Of a stretch of 64,000 bases of DNA, positions 52,065-64,000 are shown piece after piece (positions within the stretch are counted from its first letter, which is position 1; every line of letters starts with the position of its first letter). Where the stretch lies: NCBI GenBank assembly GCA_013239625.1, contig MU054187.1:24864433-24928432 (forward strand), given 5' to 3'. The notes below the pieces were generated by a model. That model was not told the origin of the DNA, did not search any database, and saw only the letters and a program-made list of their open reading frames with translations. This DNA is from Lama guanicoe (lineage: Eukaryota). The position numbers and the translations under genes were made by a program.

Positions 52065-53692
52065 TCTGGGAGGTTATTTCTCCAGCTTTGTTCTCTTTCC
52101 TCTGTGTTGCTTTGGCAATTATGGGTCTTTTGTGATTCCATATAAACTTTAGGATTAAGCTAGAGGAATAACCCTCCCAGATTTCAGACAATACTACAGA
52201 GCTATAGTAATTAAAACAGCATGGTACTAGTACAAAAACAGACGTACAGATCAATGGAACAGAATAGAGAGCCCAGAAATAAACCCACAGGCTTATGGTC
52301 AATTAATCTTCAACAAAGGGGCAAGAATATGAAATGGAAAAAAGACAGTCTCTTCAGCAAGTGGTGATGGGAAAATTGGATATCTGCATATAAATCAATG
52401 AAGTTAGAACACTCCCTCAAACCATACACGAGAATAAACTCAAAGTGGCTTAAAGTCTTAAATATAAGACAAGACATTATAAATCTCTTAGAAGAACATG
52501 TAGGCAAAACATTTTTGGACATAAATATTAGCAATGTTTTCCTAGGGCAGTCTACCCAAGCAATAGAAATAAAAGCAAAAATAAACAAATGGGACCTAAT
52601 TAAACTCATTAGATTTTGCCCAGCAAAAGAAACCATAAGCAAAACAAAATGACTACCTACATAATGGGAGAAAATATTTGCAAATGATGCCCCTTACAAA
52701 GGTTTAATTTCCAGAATTATGGAAAGCCGCTCATACAACTTAATAACAACAACAACAATAAAAAAAAAGTAATCCAAAAAATGAGCAGAAGACCTAAACA
52801 AGCAATTCTCCAATGAAGATATACAAATGGCCAATAGGCACATGAAAAAATGTTCAGTATTGCTAATTATCAGAGAACTACAAATCAAAACTACAATGAG
52901 GTATCACCTTACACCAGTCAGGATGGCCATCATTCAAAAGTCCACAAACTTTTTGCTGGAGAGGGTGTGGAAAAAATGGAACCCTCCTACACTGTTGGTG
53001 GGAATACAATTTGGTGCAGCAATTATGGGAAACAGTATGGAGATTCCTCAAAAAGCTAAAAATAGGCTTACCATTTGGTACAGCAATCACACTCTTGGGC
53101 AAATACCTGGAGGGAACTATAATTCAAAAAGATACATGCACCCCAGTGTTCATAGGGACACTATATACAATAGACAAAACATGGAAACAACCTAAATGTC
53201 CATTGACAGAGAACTGGATAAAGAAGTTGTGATATATGTATACAGCAGAATACTACACAGCCATAAAAAGGAATAAAATAATGCCATATGCAGTAATATG
53301 GATGGATTACAAGATCATTATTCTAAGTGAAGTAAGCCAGAAAGAGAAAGAAAATTGCCATATGATATTACTCATACGTGGAATCTAAAAAAAAAACAGA
53401 ACAGACTCACAGATATAGTAAACAAATCTATGGTTACCAGGGGTAAAGGAGGTGGGAAGGGATAAATTGGGAGTTTGAGAATTGCTAATATTAGCTACTA
53501 CATATAAAATAAATAAAAAACAAATTTCTTCTGTATAGCACAGGGAACTATATTCAGTATCTTATAGTAACCTATAATGATAAAGAATATGAAAATGAAT
53601 ATATATGTATATGTATGACTGAAAAATTATGCTGTACACCAGAAATTGGCTAACTATACTTCAATAAATAAGTAAATAAATAAAGGGAAGAG
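52065..53692 (+). mobile_element. Young L1 with 5' inversion (twin priming); 13-bp TSD
   Basis: Antisense L1 at 52065-52156, then sense ORF2 from 52157 to the polyA. TSD aagaatattataa (52052-52064) versus aagagtattataa (53693-53705). Confidence 0.88.
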
Positions 53693-53979
53693 AAGAGTAT
53701 TATAAAGGAGAGATCTGCACAAAAGAGAATTCCAAAGATCTTCAGATGGTTTTCCTCGAGTAGTCAGATGAGTACTAATCAGCACATATGTGTTTAGGAA
53801 ACTACCTGAGCCTGAGGAAAGAACTGCCTGAAAGTATTAGAGTTCAGTGCACAATGCCCACACAGAACAGAACGGAAAACCTCATGATTCATGGGACATT
53901 GTGTAGACTACACAGAAGGGCGTTGGTAGAGAGGAATAATTAGCCCCAGTTTGAGCTTCAGTCTTTCCTAACAAATCTT

Positions 53980-54275
53980 TTGTGTTTGTTTGTTTATTTA
54001 TTGAAGTATAGTCAGTTTATAATTTGTATCAAATTCTGGTACACAGTGTAACGTTTCAGCCATATATATACATAATATATTCATTTTCATATTCTCTTCC
54101 ATTATATATTACTACAAGATTTTGAATATAGTTTCTGGTGCTGTATAGTATAAACTTGTTGTTTATCTATTTTGTATATAGTAGTATCTGCAAATCTTGA
54201 ACTCCCAATTTATCCCTTCTCACCCGCTTCCCCTTCTGGTAACCATAAGTTTGTTTTCTATGTCTGTGAGGTTTT
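53980..54275 (-). mobile_element. Short young L1 tail with 16-bp TSD
   Basis: tttcctaacaaatctt (53964-53979) versus tttcctaacaagtctt (54276-54291). Confidence 0.88.
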
Positions 54276-54455
54276 TTTCCTAACAAGTCTTAAAAGCAAG
54301 ATGTGAAATGATCAGATTGTTTCCAGCAACTTATAACTTGTGTCCCAGAAAAAAGGCTCAATATATACAGGTATACAAACATGGATGTCTAGGAAAATTT
54401 TCAATATCTGGCATTTAGTCAAAAACTACCAGCCAAATAAGGAAGCAGGAAAATA

Positions 54456-54662
54456 CAGTTGATCTTTGAGTAATGAAGGGGTTAGGGCCACCAATCCCCT
54501 GGGAAGTCTCATATAACTTTACAGTCAGCCCTTGGTATCTGGGGTTCTGTATCCATGAATTCAACCAACCATGGATCATGTGGCACTGTAGTATGTATTT
54601 AGTGAAAGATATCTTAGTATAAGTGGACTTGTGCAGTTCAAAAGTTGTTTAAGGGTCAATTA
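54456..54662. mobile_element. Tigger2-derived MITE (MER8-like)
   Basis: TIRs cagttgatctttgag ... tttaagggtcaatta, flanked by TA on both sides. Confidence 0.8.
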
Positions 54663-54952
54663 TATCAGCCACAATGAGGAGATAACTCAGTCAATCAAAA
54701 CCAACCCAGAATTTACACAGATATTAGCATCAGCAGACAAGGACATTAAATCATTTGTTGTAACTATATTCCATTTGTTCAAAAAGTTAAGTTGAGACAT
54801 GAAAGCTATAAAAAGACCCACATTGAACTTCTAGAGATAAAAACTACAAATGTGTGAAGTAAAAAAAGCAAACTGATAGAATTAACGCAAATTAGACATT
54901 GCACAAGAAAAGATCAGTAAGCTTGAATGCAGAGCAATAGAAGCAATAAAAA

Positions 54953-54953
<1 letters not shown>

Positions 54954-55003
<50 letters not shown>
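54954..55003. repeat. Perfect (CA)n microsatellite, ~25 units
   Basis: Directly visible. Confidence 0.95.
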
Positions 55004-55007
<4 letters not shown>

Positions 55008-55459
55008 AGAGAATTAAATAAATATTAAGAGAGCATCAGTGAGCTATGGAATAACTTCAAGTGCCTTTACATATGTGTAGTTGGAGTCCCTGAAGGAGAG
55101 GACAGAAGTGGGTACAGAAACATTTTGAAAAATTAATGACTAAATTTATTCCCAAATTTAATTGAAAAGTATTAACCCACAGATTCAAGAAGCTCAACAA
55201 ACCCCAAGTTCAAGAATCATGAAAAATTGATATGCCTCGGTAGAGGCATATCATAGCCAAACTGCTCAAAATCAGTGATAATGAGAAAATCTTATTAGGA
55301 TCCAGAGATAAAAATGCTATGTATAGCAGAACAAAGATAAGATGCAGCATATTTATTATCAGAAACAGTGTGAGTGAGAGGTTAGTGGAGCAGTATCTTT
55401 AAAGTACTAAAAAGATAAAAGGTCAAACTAGAGTATTATAATCAGTGAAAATATCTTTT

Positions 55460-56750
55460 ATTCTCAGCAAGTTGATCTGGAAATTATTTTCTTTGTATTT
55501 ATCCCATAGGGCCTCACTGAATTTCTTGTAAATAAAAACTTATGCTTTTCTTTAAATATGGGAAATATGAGGTCATTATTTCTTCAAATATTTTAAGGCC
55601 CATTTTCTCTGTTTTCTCCTTCTGGAACTCTAATTACACTATGTTAGACCATTTTCTGTTGTCCCAAAGATATCGGAGGCTCTGTGTATTTTTTTTTTCA
55701 GCTCATCTTTAACTCTCTTTTTTCAGTTTGGGTAATTATATTGATCTGTATTAAAGTTTAGTGATTCTTCTATTTCCAATCTAATGTTGTGCCCATCCAG
55801 TATATATTTTATTTCAAGAATTTTTCTTTTCAATTTTATCATTTACATTTGGTTCTTTTTAAATAGTTTTTGTTTCTTTTTTGAGATTTTCTATGTTTTT
55901 ATTTGTTATGACCATCTTTTCATTTAAATCCTTGAGCATATTTATTCTAGATGATTTAAAGTCTTTATATGGAAATTCAACATCAGGATCATCTTCAGTT
56001 TAATTTATACTGACTATTCTTTTTTTCCCCAAATGAAGCATCATAATTTCTGGCCTCTTCACATGTGGCTAGTAATTGACTAATGGATATAGTGATAACT
56101 CTGTTGTCCAGAAACTGGGTTTTTCATTGTTCTGATTTTCTTTAATGAGTGTTTCTTTTCGTCCTGGCATGCCGTAAGTTTACTTATGGTTCAGTCTGAT
56201 CTTTTTGAGTGTTGTTTTAAAGCCCAATCCAGACAGTTCTAAAGCATTCTCTACACTAATAATAGAGTAGCCATACTCCTAAAGTATGCTCTTTCTATAT
56301 CCTGGGAAATCACCCAAATATCCATTCAACTCATAGCTCACTAGCACACCTTCAGAGTATCATCTTAACAGCTTAGTAATCAAGGATGAAAGAGAACCTG
56401 TGTAGATTTCTAGAGCACCCTTTCTATGCTAATTTCTTCTGTCTACTACTCTGTTCTTTAAAATTTTGCCCCTTTAGCAACCTCAAACTCTTATCTTTCC
56501 TGCCTCCAGAATTTTTCTATTCTTAGCCTCCAACTCCCATTTTGTTGTGTAAAAAGTACTGTCAGGCAGAAAGTTAGGTTGATCTTGGGGCTTATTGCAT
56601 GTATTTTTCTTCTTTCAGAGGTCATAGTCCTGTATTATCTGTTGTTCAAAAATTGAAGTGTCAACTCAAAAATTTTTTGATTTCCAGTTTCATTTATAGT
56701 GGTTGTATTTTGGTGTAAGTTAATTCATGATGGCTGGAGATGGAAATCAC
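55460..56750 (-). mobile_element. Old L1 5'/ORF1 remnant in opposite orientation
   Basis: cattatttcttcaaatatt...ctccttctggaactctaattacac, the antisense of an ORF1-type sequence. Confidence 0.6.
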
Positions 56751-57235
56751 ACTGGATTGTTTTAGCTTTCAAATTTAGGCTTGTTATCTATCTTGCTTTT
56801 TTTGGTATGTTGTGAGTTAGACAACAAGATTTATTTTTCACTTACAGATATTCGATTAACCTAGATCGTTTATTTTAAAGACAATCTTTCCCCTACTGAA
56901 TTATGACAGACTCTTTGCACTCTACCTTTAAAAACTATATATTAAATTTTTAATATCATTTAAATATAGCTTATTGATTTTTTTCAGTTCTGAGACTATT
57001 TCTTTGTGTATGAAGATAGAAACTTATCAGTGATTTCAGGATAAACATTTTATTTTTTCCAATTGCTGAATATGAGAATATAAAATCTTTAATTTGGAAA
57101 TTAGTCCAGTTCTTTATTTCCTTTTTAAAGGGACACATTAATAGTTATAATACTAATAGTAATGATACTAATGGTAGTAATATCAACAACAACAAAAAGG
57201 ATTTATTGATCTTATTACTCACTCTTGTTAGTTAC

Positions 57236-57846
57236 TGTGGTGATGGTTCTCTACAAATATCCTTCCAATGTACCAAGCCTCTTGGTATTCATATCATTCT
57301 GTAGTCATCTCCCATAATGAATGTGGACTTATTACATGTAATCAATATAATGGCGTGAAAATGGCACTACCTGGTTCTGAGGTTGGATCATAAGAGGATT
57401 TGTAACCTCCACATTTTCTTAGAACATGTGTCCACCATGTAGGAAATCTGCTACTTTGAGACATCAAATTATGAAGAATTTCAAGCTGCCATGTAGAGAT
57501 GTTGCATGGACGGAGGAGGAAGGAAGGGAGAGCGGGTGAGGGAAAGAGACAGAAGAGGGAGAGGGGAGGGGAGGAGAGGAGAGATGTGTGGTCTGGCCAG
57601 TGCTCAAATGTTCCAGGCATATAAACTGGTGTGCCAGATACTGGTGTGAGTAAAGGAGGTATGCTGAACACCTGGCACGGTTGAGCCCTCAGCCACAGCC
57701 ACCATCTTACTGCAACTGCACAAGAAACTCAGGATGACCTGAGTCCATCCAAATCATAGAACCATGAGATATAATAAAAATTTATTACTATTTTTGAACA
57801 ACTAAGTTTATTGGTAATTTGTTGAGCAGTCATGGATAACCAGACA
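57236..57846 (+). mobile_element. MaLR (MLT1-type) solo LTR
   Basis: Ends aataaaaatttattactatttttgaacaactaagtttattggtaatttgttgagcagtcatggataaccagaca. Confidence 0.72.
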
Positions 57847-58934
57847 ATTACAATAATAATTGTTTCAATTGAAACAAGCTGTTTATGTCTAAATTATTGT
57901 TACTTACAATGAGCTTTTATCTTCTCCAAAACGAAAAACTCTGTGAATTATTTTACTATTAAAAGAGTTGAGTTTGAAATGACATTTAATTGTGCTGGAT
58001 GCTTGTCAGGAAACACTCAGTTTTGGGGTTGAAATGTTTCATTTGAAATGATTGAATACATTTTCCATGATTTTATTGTAGAACTTAAGAGACTTGCTTC
58101 ATGGGGCAATTTGTAAGACAAATTCTATGGGTTGACTTGAAGAACCAGATGATTATTCCTTTATTTCTGACAATTTTATTTCTGGTTCTGTTCATCTCAT
58201 TTTAATCAATAATATGTTGTTAACCAGGATTGATTGTGCCAGAAAAAAATGAAAGTGTTAATTTTTAAAAATTATACCTAAAAATATTGTTGAGTTGTGG
58301 ATATGGCTACTATTTTGGGACTCTGTTTCAACTTGTTTATCCCAAGCTTCATTGATAAAACTATTTCTCTGTTCAAACTGAACCCTGTTCTGTTGATTAT
58401 CGTGTGAAAAGTTTGTATGCCTGCTGAGGGTGTTTGTAAGAAACTCTCAGCAGTTATATCTTCTACTCTGAAGTTTTAATTTACTATGTTCTACCAGTAT
58501 TTCCTATACGTCTGCTTTACTCTTTCACGTTGTCATCTGATAAGAGCTTCTTAGGTATTCTTTGGTTACCCATGGGCCAGATATGTTCTGAACAGCTGAG
58601 CAGAATTATTTTGTGTGTGTGCTGGTTAAGTGGCTTTGTTATACAACATTGTTACTGGTGATTATGGTATTAAAATGTTTTCATTAGTTATCAACTCAAC
58701 TCTAAAAAAAATTGAAAATGTGATACATACAAATTTTTCTTTGAGTAATGTTTCTAGTACATGTAATTATAAAAGTAGTATATAACAACATGTGAAACAA
58801 ACAAAAGTTTGATTTTTGTGGTTCATAATTTCCACCATCTATTTTTATTTATGGCAGACACTAGTTTTAGTAAGCAGAGATTAAAGTCCAGGTAACACAT
58901 ACATGCTATTTATGTCAGTTTAAAGTATGGAACT

Positions 58935-61900
58935 CATCAGCCTTTTAGCACCAGTCCTAGGATGCCTCAGACCAAGCCAGGCATGGACACAGACACATCT
59001 ACCAGCAAGCCAGCTGTCTTAAGACCCCCTGAATCCAGAGCCACCCTGGGACATGACCCTGTCTACCAGAGCACCCACGACCTGAGCCCACACACTAGTG
59101 GGCTGGCACTGGTCCTGAGAGCAGCCTCACCCACCAGTGGGTGGGAATCAGCATCAGAACCACCACAGTCCCGCAGCCTGCCATGTGAGTACCCAGCCCA
59201 GACACCAGCAGGCCAGCGCCAGCCCCAGGACCTTGGGCCCTGACCCATCAACCAGCAGGCTAACATCAGCTCTGGGAAAATTTGGCCCCTCAGCCAGCCA
59301 CCTTGGGATCTGGCCCCAACCACTTTTGTGTTGACATGAGCTCTGAAACACCCAGGGCACTCAGGTAGAGAACCCTGGTCCCAGCCTCACCCACCAGCAG
59401 GTTGACACCTGCTCTGAGACACCTTGGACCCTTCAGCCAGCTACACCAGGATCCATTCCCACTCACCAGAAGGCTGACACACACTTTGAGACAACCCAGA
59501 CCAAGAAAACAGCCATGACAAGAAACAGTCCCAACAGGCTGACATTAGATCCAGTATCCCCAGTCCCTCAACAATTCACCCCAGAACATAGCCACATGCT
59601 CCAGCAGCTGGCAACCTTCATACAAGGCAGGGCCTGGCAACCGACTCAAATGGGGGCCAGCTACATCTACCAGACTACCCAGAATAGCAAGCCTGCTACA
59701 ACAGAAGAACCCGTGCAGCCCACAAATGGGGAACCCCTAGAGCATTTACCTGTGGTGACCAGAAGAAAGATGTACATACATCTACAAACTGCCACTTCTC
59801 CAAAATTGGGAAATGTAGGCAACCTACCAGAAACATAGAAATAGAAACAACAAATTAGGCAAAATGAGGCAACAGACGAGCATGTTCCAAATGAAGGAAC
59901 AAGATAAAACCTCAGAAGAAGAACTGAGAGAAACAGAAATAAACAATTTACCTGATAAAGAGTTCAGAGTAATAATTATAAAGATGTTTCAAGAACTCAG
60001 GAGAACTCATCATGAATTCAGTAAAGTTGCAGAATAAAAAAGTAATATAGAGAAAGCTGTTGCATTTCTATATACTAGCAATGGACTATTATAAAGAGAA
60101 ATTAAGAAAACAATCTGATTTATAATCACATCAAAAAGAAAAAACTTAGGAGTAAATATAAGTAAGGAGGTTAAAGACCTGTATGTGGAAAACTATAAGA
60201 CATTGATGAAAGAAATTGAAGACAACACAAACAGATGGAAAGATATACTGTGTTCATGGACTGAAAGAAATAATATTGTTAAAATGACCATACTACTCAA
60301 GGCAACCTACAGATTTATTGCAATCCCAATCAAAATACCAATGAAATTTTTCACAGAAATAGAACAAATAATTCTGAAATTTGTATGGAAACATAAAAGA
60401 CCCCAAAAAGACAAAGCAATCTTGAGAAAGAAGAACAAAGCTAGAGGTATGACATTCCCTGGTTGCAAACTATACTATAAGGCTATAGTTTTTTTTTTAA
60501 AAAGAAGTTGTGGTATATTTATACAATGGAATACAACTCAGCCATAAAAAAGAATAAAACAATGCCATCTGCAGCAATATGGATGGACCTAGAGAATGTC
60601 ATTCTAAGTGAAGTAAGCCAGAAAGAGAAAGAAAAACACCTTATGATATCACTCATAGGTGGAATCTAAAAAAAAAAAAGACAAATGAACTTATTTACAA
60701 AACAGAAACAGACTCACAGACATAGAAAACAAACATAGTTATTGAGTGGGAAGGGATAAATCGGGAATTTGAGATTTGCAGATACTAACTACTATATATA
60801 AGATAGACAAACAACAAGTTTATACTGTATAGCAAAGGGAACTATATTCAATATCTTGTAGTAACCTATAATGAAAAAGAATATGAAAATGAATATATGT
60901 ATGTGTAGGTATGACTGAACTATTATGCTGTACACCAGAAATTGACACAACATTGTAAACTGACTATAATTCAATAAAGAATTTAAAAAATTTAAAAAGG
61001 GAAAAAATACAAAGCTATAGTAATTTTTTAAAAAGTACAGTATTGACATAAAAACAGACACATAGATCAATGGAGCAGAATAGAGAGCTCAGAAATGAAG
61101 CCATACTTATTATCAGCAATTAATCTGTGACAAACAGAGGCAAGAATATATAATGGGGAAAAGACAGCCTCTCTAATAAATGGTGCTTGGAAAATGGGAC
61201 AGCGACATGCAAAAGAATCAAACTAGACTACTGTCTCACACCAAGTAGAAAAATAAAATAAATGTGTATTAAAAGCTTAAATGTAAGGCCTGAAACCATG
61301 AAACTGCCAGAAGAAAACATAGGCAGTAAACTCTCTGATTAGACAAATGGAAGTACCTCAAACCAAAAAGCTTTATGCAGTGAAGGAAACTATCAACAAA
61401 ACAAAAAGGCCACCTACTGAATGGGAGAAAACATTTGCAGACATTATATCGGAGAAGGGGTTAATATCCAAAATATACAAATAATTCATTTAACTCAACC
61501 TAGAAAAATGAACAATCCAATCAAAAATGGGCAGAAGACTTGAATAGACATTTTTTTTCCCAAAGAAGATACATTGATGGTGAATAGGCACACGAAAAGA
61601 TACTCAACATCACCAATCATCAGGGAAATTAAATCAAAACCACAATGAGACATCACCTCACACCTGTCAGACTGGCTGTTATCAAAAAGACAGCAAATAA
61701 CAAGTGTTAGCAAGGATGTGGAGAAAAGGAAACCCTTGTGTACTGTTGTAAACTGATGCAGCCTCTATGGAAAATAGTATGTAGATTCCTCAAAAAACTA
61801 AAAATTGAACTGCCCTGTGATCCAGCAACTCTACTCTTGGGTATTTATCCAAAGGGAAAAAAACTATTTCAAAAGATATATGCATCCCCATATTCATTGT

Positions 61901-62826
61901 AGGATTATTTACAATAACCAAGGAATGGAAGTAACCTAAGTGCTCATCCATAAATGAATGCATAAAGAGTGGGATATTACTCAATCAGTCATAAGAAGGA
62001 ATGAAATCTTGCTATTTGCAACAGCATGGATGGACCTAGAAGGTATTATGCTAAGTGAAATAAGACAGAGAAAGATAAGTACTGTATGATTCCACTTATA
62101 TGTGGAATCTGAAAAACAAAGCAAATAAACAAACATAACAAAACAGAAACAGAGTTGTATTTAGACAGAATAAACAGGTGATTGCCAGGGAGGTGTTAGG
62201 TGTGGGGAGGAAAGAAATAGTAAGGGAGATTAACCTCCAGTTGACACATAAATGAGTCATGGATGTGAAATGAACAGTATGGGGAGGATAGTCAATAACT
62301 ATGTAATATCTTTGTATGTTGACATATGGTAACTAGACTTGTGGTGATCACTTTGAAATGTACAGAAATATTGATGTACTATGTTGTGTAACAGAAACTG
62401 ACATAGTTTTGTTATGTCAATTATACTTCAAAAACAAACAAATAAACTCATAGAAAAAGAGATCAGATTTGTGGTTACCAGAGGTGGGAGAGAGGAAATA
62501 GAAGGAAAACAGTCAAAAGGTACAAACTCCCAGGTATAAGGTAAGTATGTACTAGGGATATAATGTACAACATGATAAATACCATTAACACTGCTGTATA
62601 TTATGTATGAAAGGTGTTACGGGAATAAATTCTGAGTTCTCATCATAAGGAAAAAATACATATTTTTCTATTTCTTTAACCTTGTATCTATAAAAGATGA
62701 TTCATGTTCACTAAACTCATTGTGATAATCATTTCATGATGTATGTAAGTCAAATCATTGTGCTGTACACCTTTAACTTAGTGATGTATGTTAATTATAT
62801 CTCAATAAAACTGGAAGAAAAAAATA
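58935..62826 (+). mobile_element. L1 with repetitive GC-rich 5' UTR, ORF1 start (ATG 59864), large internal deletion, ORF2 C-terminal half and 3' UTR/polyA
   Basis: ORF1 N-terminus MRQQTSMFQMKEQDKTSEEEL joins directly to RT-region sequence at ~60003. ORF2 peptide [24 protein letters not shown]. Confidence 0.85.
60505..61007 (+). mobile_element. Nested young L1 tail with ~28-bp imperfect flanking duplication
   Basis: tataaggctatagttttttttttaaaaag (60476-60504) versus tacaaagctatagtaattttttaaaaag (61008-61035). Confidence 0.8.
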
Positions 62827-64000
62827 AAGCTGGGAAAATTATTCAATTAAAACTAATGTACATCCTTTTGAAAAAAGGATATTATTAACTTCATAGTATA
62901 AATTTTAATAAAAATAAGTGTTTTTACATGTGAAAGAAATTTAAAGAGAGAAAAGGAGGCAGTTGGCAACACTCATCTGTATTATGGTGGGAAATGCTCT
63001 CCTTCATTCAATACAGAAAATGATCAGAAAAGCATGCAGAATGTGGGTGAGATGAGATGAGAAAGAAAACTCTGAGACACTATTTTCAAATATGTTTTTA
63101 AAACAATGGTATTGTTGTGGATCAAACACTAAAGTTAGTTAGTGTCAAATAACCTATGGTTATTTCTGGCTTCTCTGCTCATGCTTGCATTTATATAGAA
63201 TTGGTCACCCAGAAAGTCTTGTAAATTATTAACCTGGAATCCTCTTCATTACATCCATCTGAGATGGGCTTTATTATTCAGTTTATTGTATTGGTGCAGA
63301 AAGTTGAAGCAGGTGGGGAGGGTCACTTTTCGGTTATAACATAACAGTAACACAGCTAGGAAAAGTTCACTTTCTTGACTCAAACCCTGAGTGTCGATAA
63401 ATTCAGACTTAATCTTTAGGCAACAGTTAATAAGTATTGGAAGTCATAATCAATGAACACCCATAGAGAACACAGCAATACAACTGCTCTCTGTTTTTAC
63501 TTCTTTATTTTTAGTTGCTAAATAAAAACCGCCAAGTGTGTATTTTGTTGTTTGCTGAGTGCTTCCAGGAATGGAGAAGATTGTTAGAGATCGCCCAGAC
63601 TCTCCACGGTCAACTCATGCTTGTGTTCCGCTCCCGAAACTTGTGTGCAGAGGATCTTTCTACACCTTTCTCTCTTCTATAACACATCATGAAGTTTTAC
63701 ACGTAGCACTTTTGGGATCCAGACGGCACAGGGAAACGTCACTGCCTACTAACTCCTTACTGTCAGAGCTTCTGAAGCCACTGTCAAAAATTATTATGCT
63801 TCTTTTGTGGTAAATGATAAGATTTTTTAGTGATTTTATCTTTTTGTGTACTCAGATTTCCAATAAAGTAAAACATTACAGGTGTAATGCTCTTACACTG
63901 CTGCCAGTAGGTAATATGAGCCGGAAGGTGGATTCTATCCTGGAGGCACTCAATGGAATGCATATCTTGTAGCTGGCTGATACCAATCAATGAAGCTTTA

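Larger units (their letters stand above)
51735..55460 (+). mobile_element. Old L1 5' UTR/ORF1 remnant hosting several later insertions
   Basis: Degenerate ORF1-like sequence (gcagacaaggacattaaa...ttggagtccctgaaggagag...cccacagattcaagaagctcaac). Confidence 0.7.

Noticed and set aside
58990..59550. CRISPR-like repeat-spacer pattern
   Set aside because: Degenerate monomers of an L1 5' UTR in a mammalian genome; the repeats are not identical and there are no cas genes.
9747..61984. Many 60-120 aa ORFs with motifs such as [14 protein letters not shown] or [11 protein letters not shown]
   Set aside because: Fragments of decayed L1 ORF2 or their antisense frames; there is no intact ORF1 or ORF2 in the window.
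62100..62826. Apparent tandem double L1 3' UTR as a novel chimera
   Set aside because: A duplicated 3' UTR of this type is, to my recollection, a normal feature of some laurasiatherian L1 subfamilies, and no TSD separates the two halves.

Overview
Mammalian genomic DNA. The absence of recognisable Alu, B1/B2, Bov-tA, PRE1, SINEC or ERE SINEs and the style of the young L1 3' ends suggest a laurasiatherian, possibly a camelid; this is inference only. The first ~1.1 kb holds the 5' end of CALB1 (calbindin-D28k) on the minus strand: coding exons 1 and 2, a microsatellite-containing 5' UTR with an RE1/NRSE, an ATAAATA TATA-like box and a GT/GC box. The remaining ~63 kb is gene-free upstream DNA made mostly of transposon fossils. 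These include nested L1s (many with readable TSDs, one with a 5' inversion, two keeping the 5' UTR but lacking most of ORF1), a nested two-ERV remnant with tRNA-Leu and tRNA-Arg primer-binding sites and a class III gag fragment, solo LTRs, hAT and Tigger DNA-transposon fossils, L2/MIR remnants, an orphan 3' UTR retrocopy and microsatellites. Nearly all ORF-track entries are repeat-derived or spurious. I found no convincing new multi-gene system. The most notable oddities are structural: a ~60-bp duplication flanking an L1, a ~345-bp inverted duplication, an exact 150-bp higher-order pyrimidine array, and several LTRs oriented toward CALB1.
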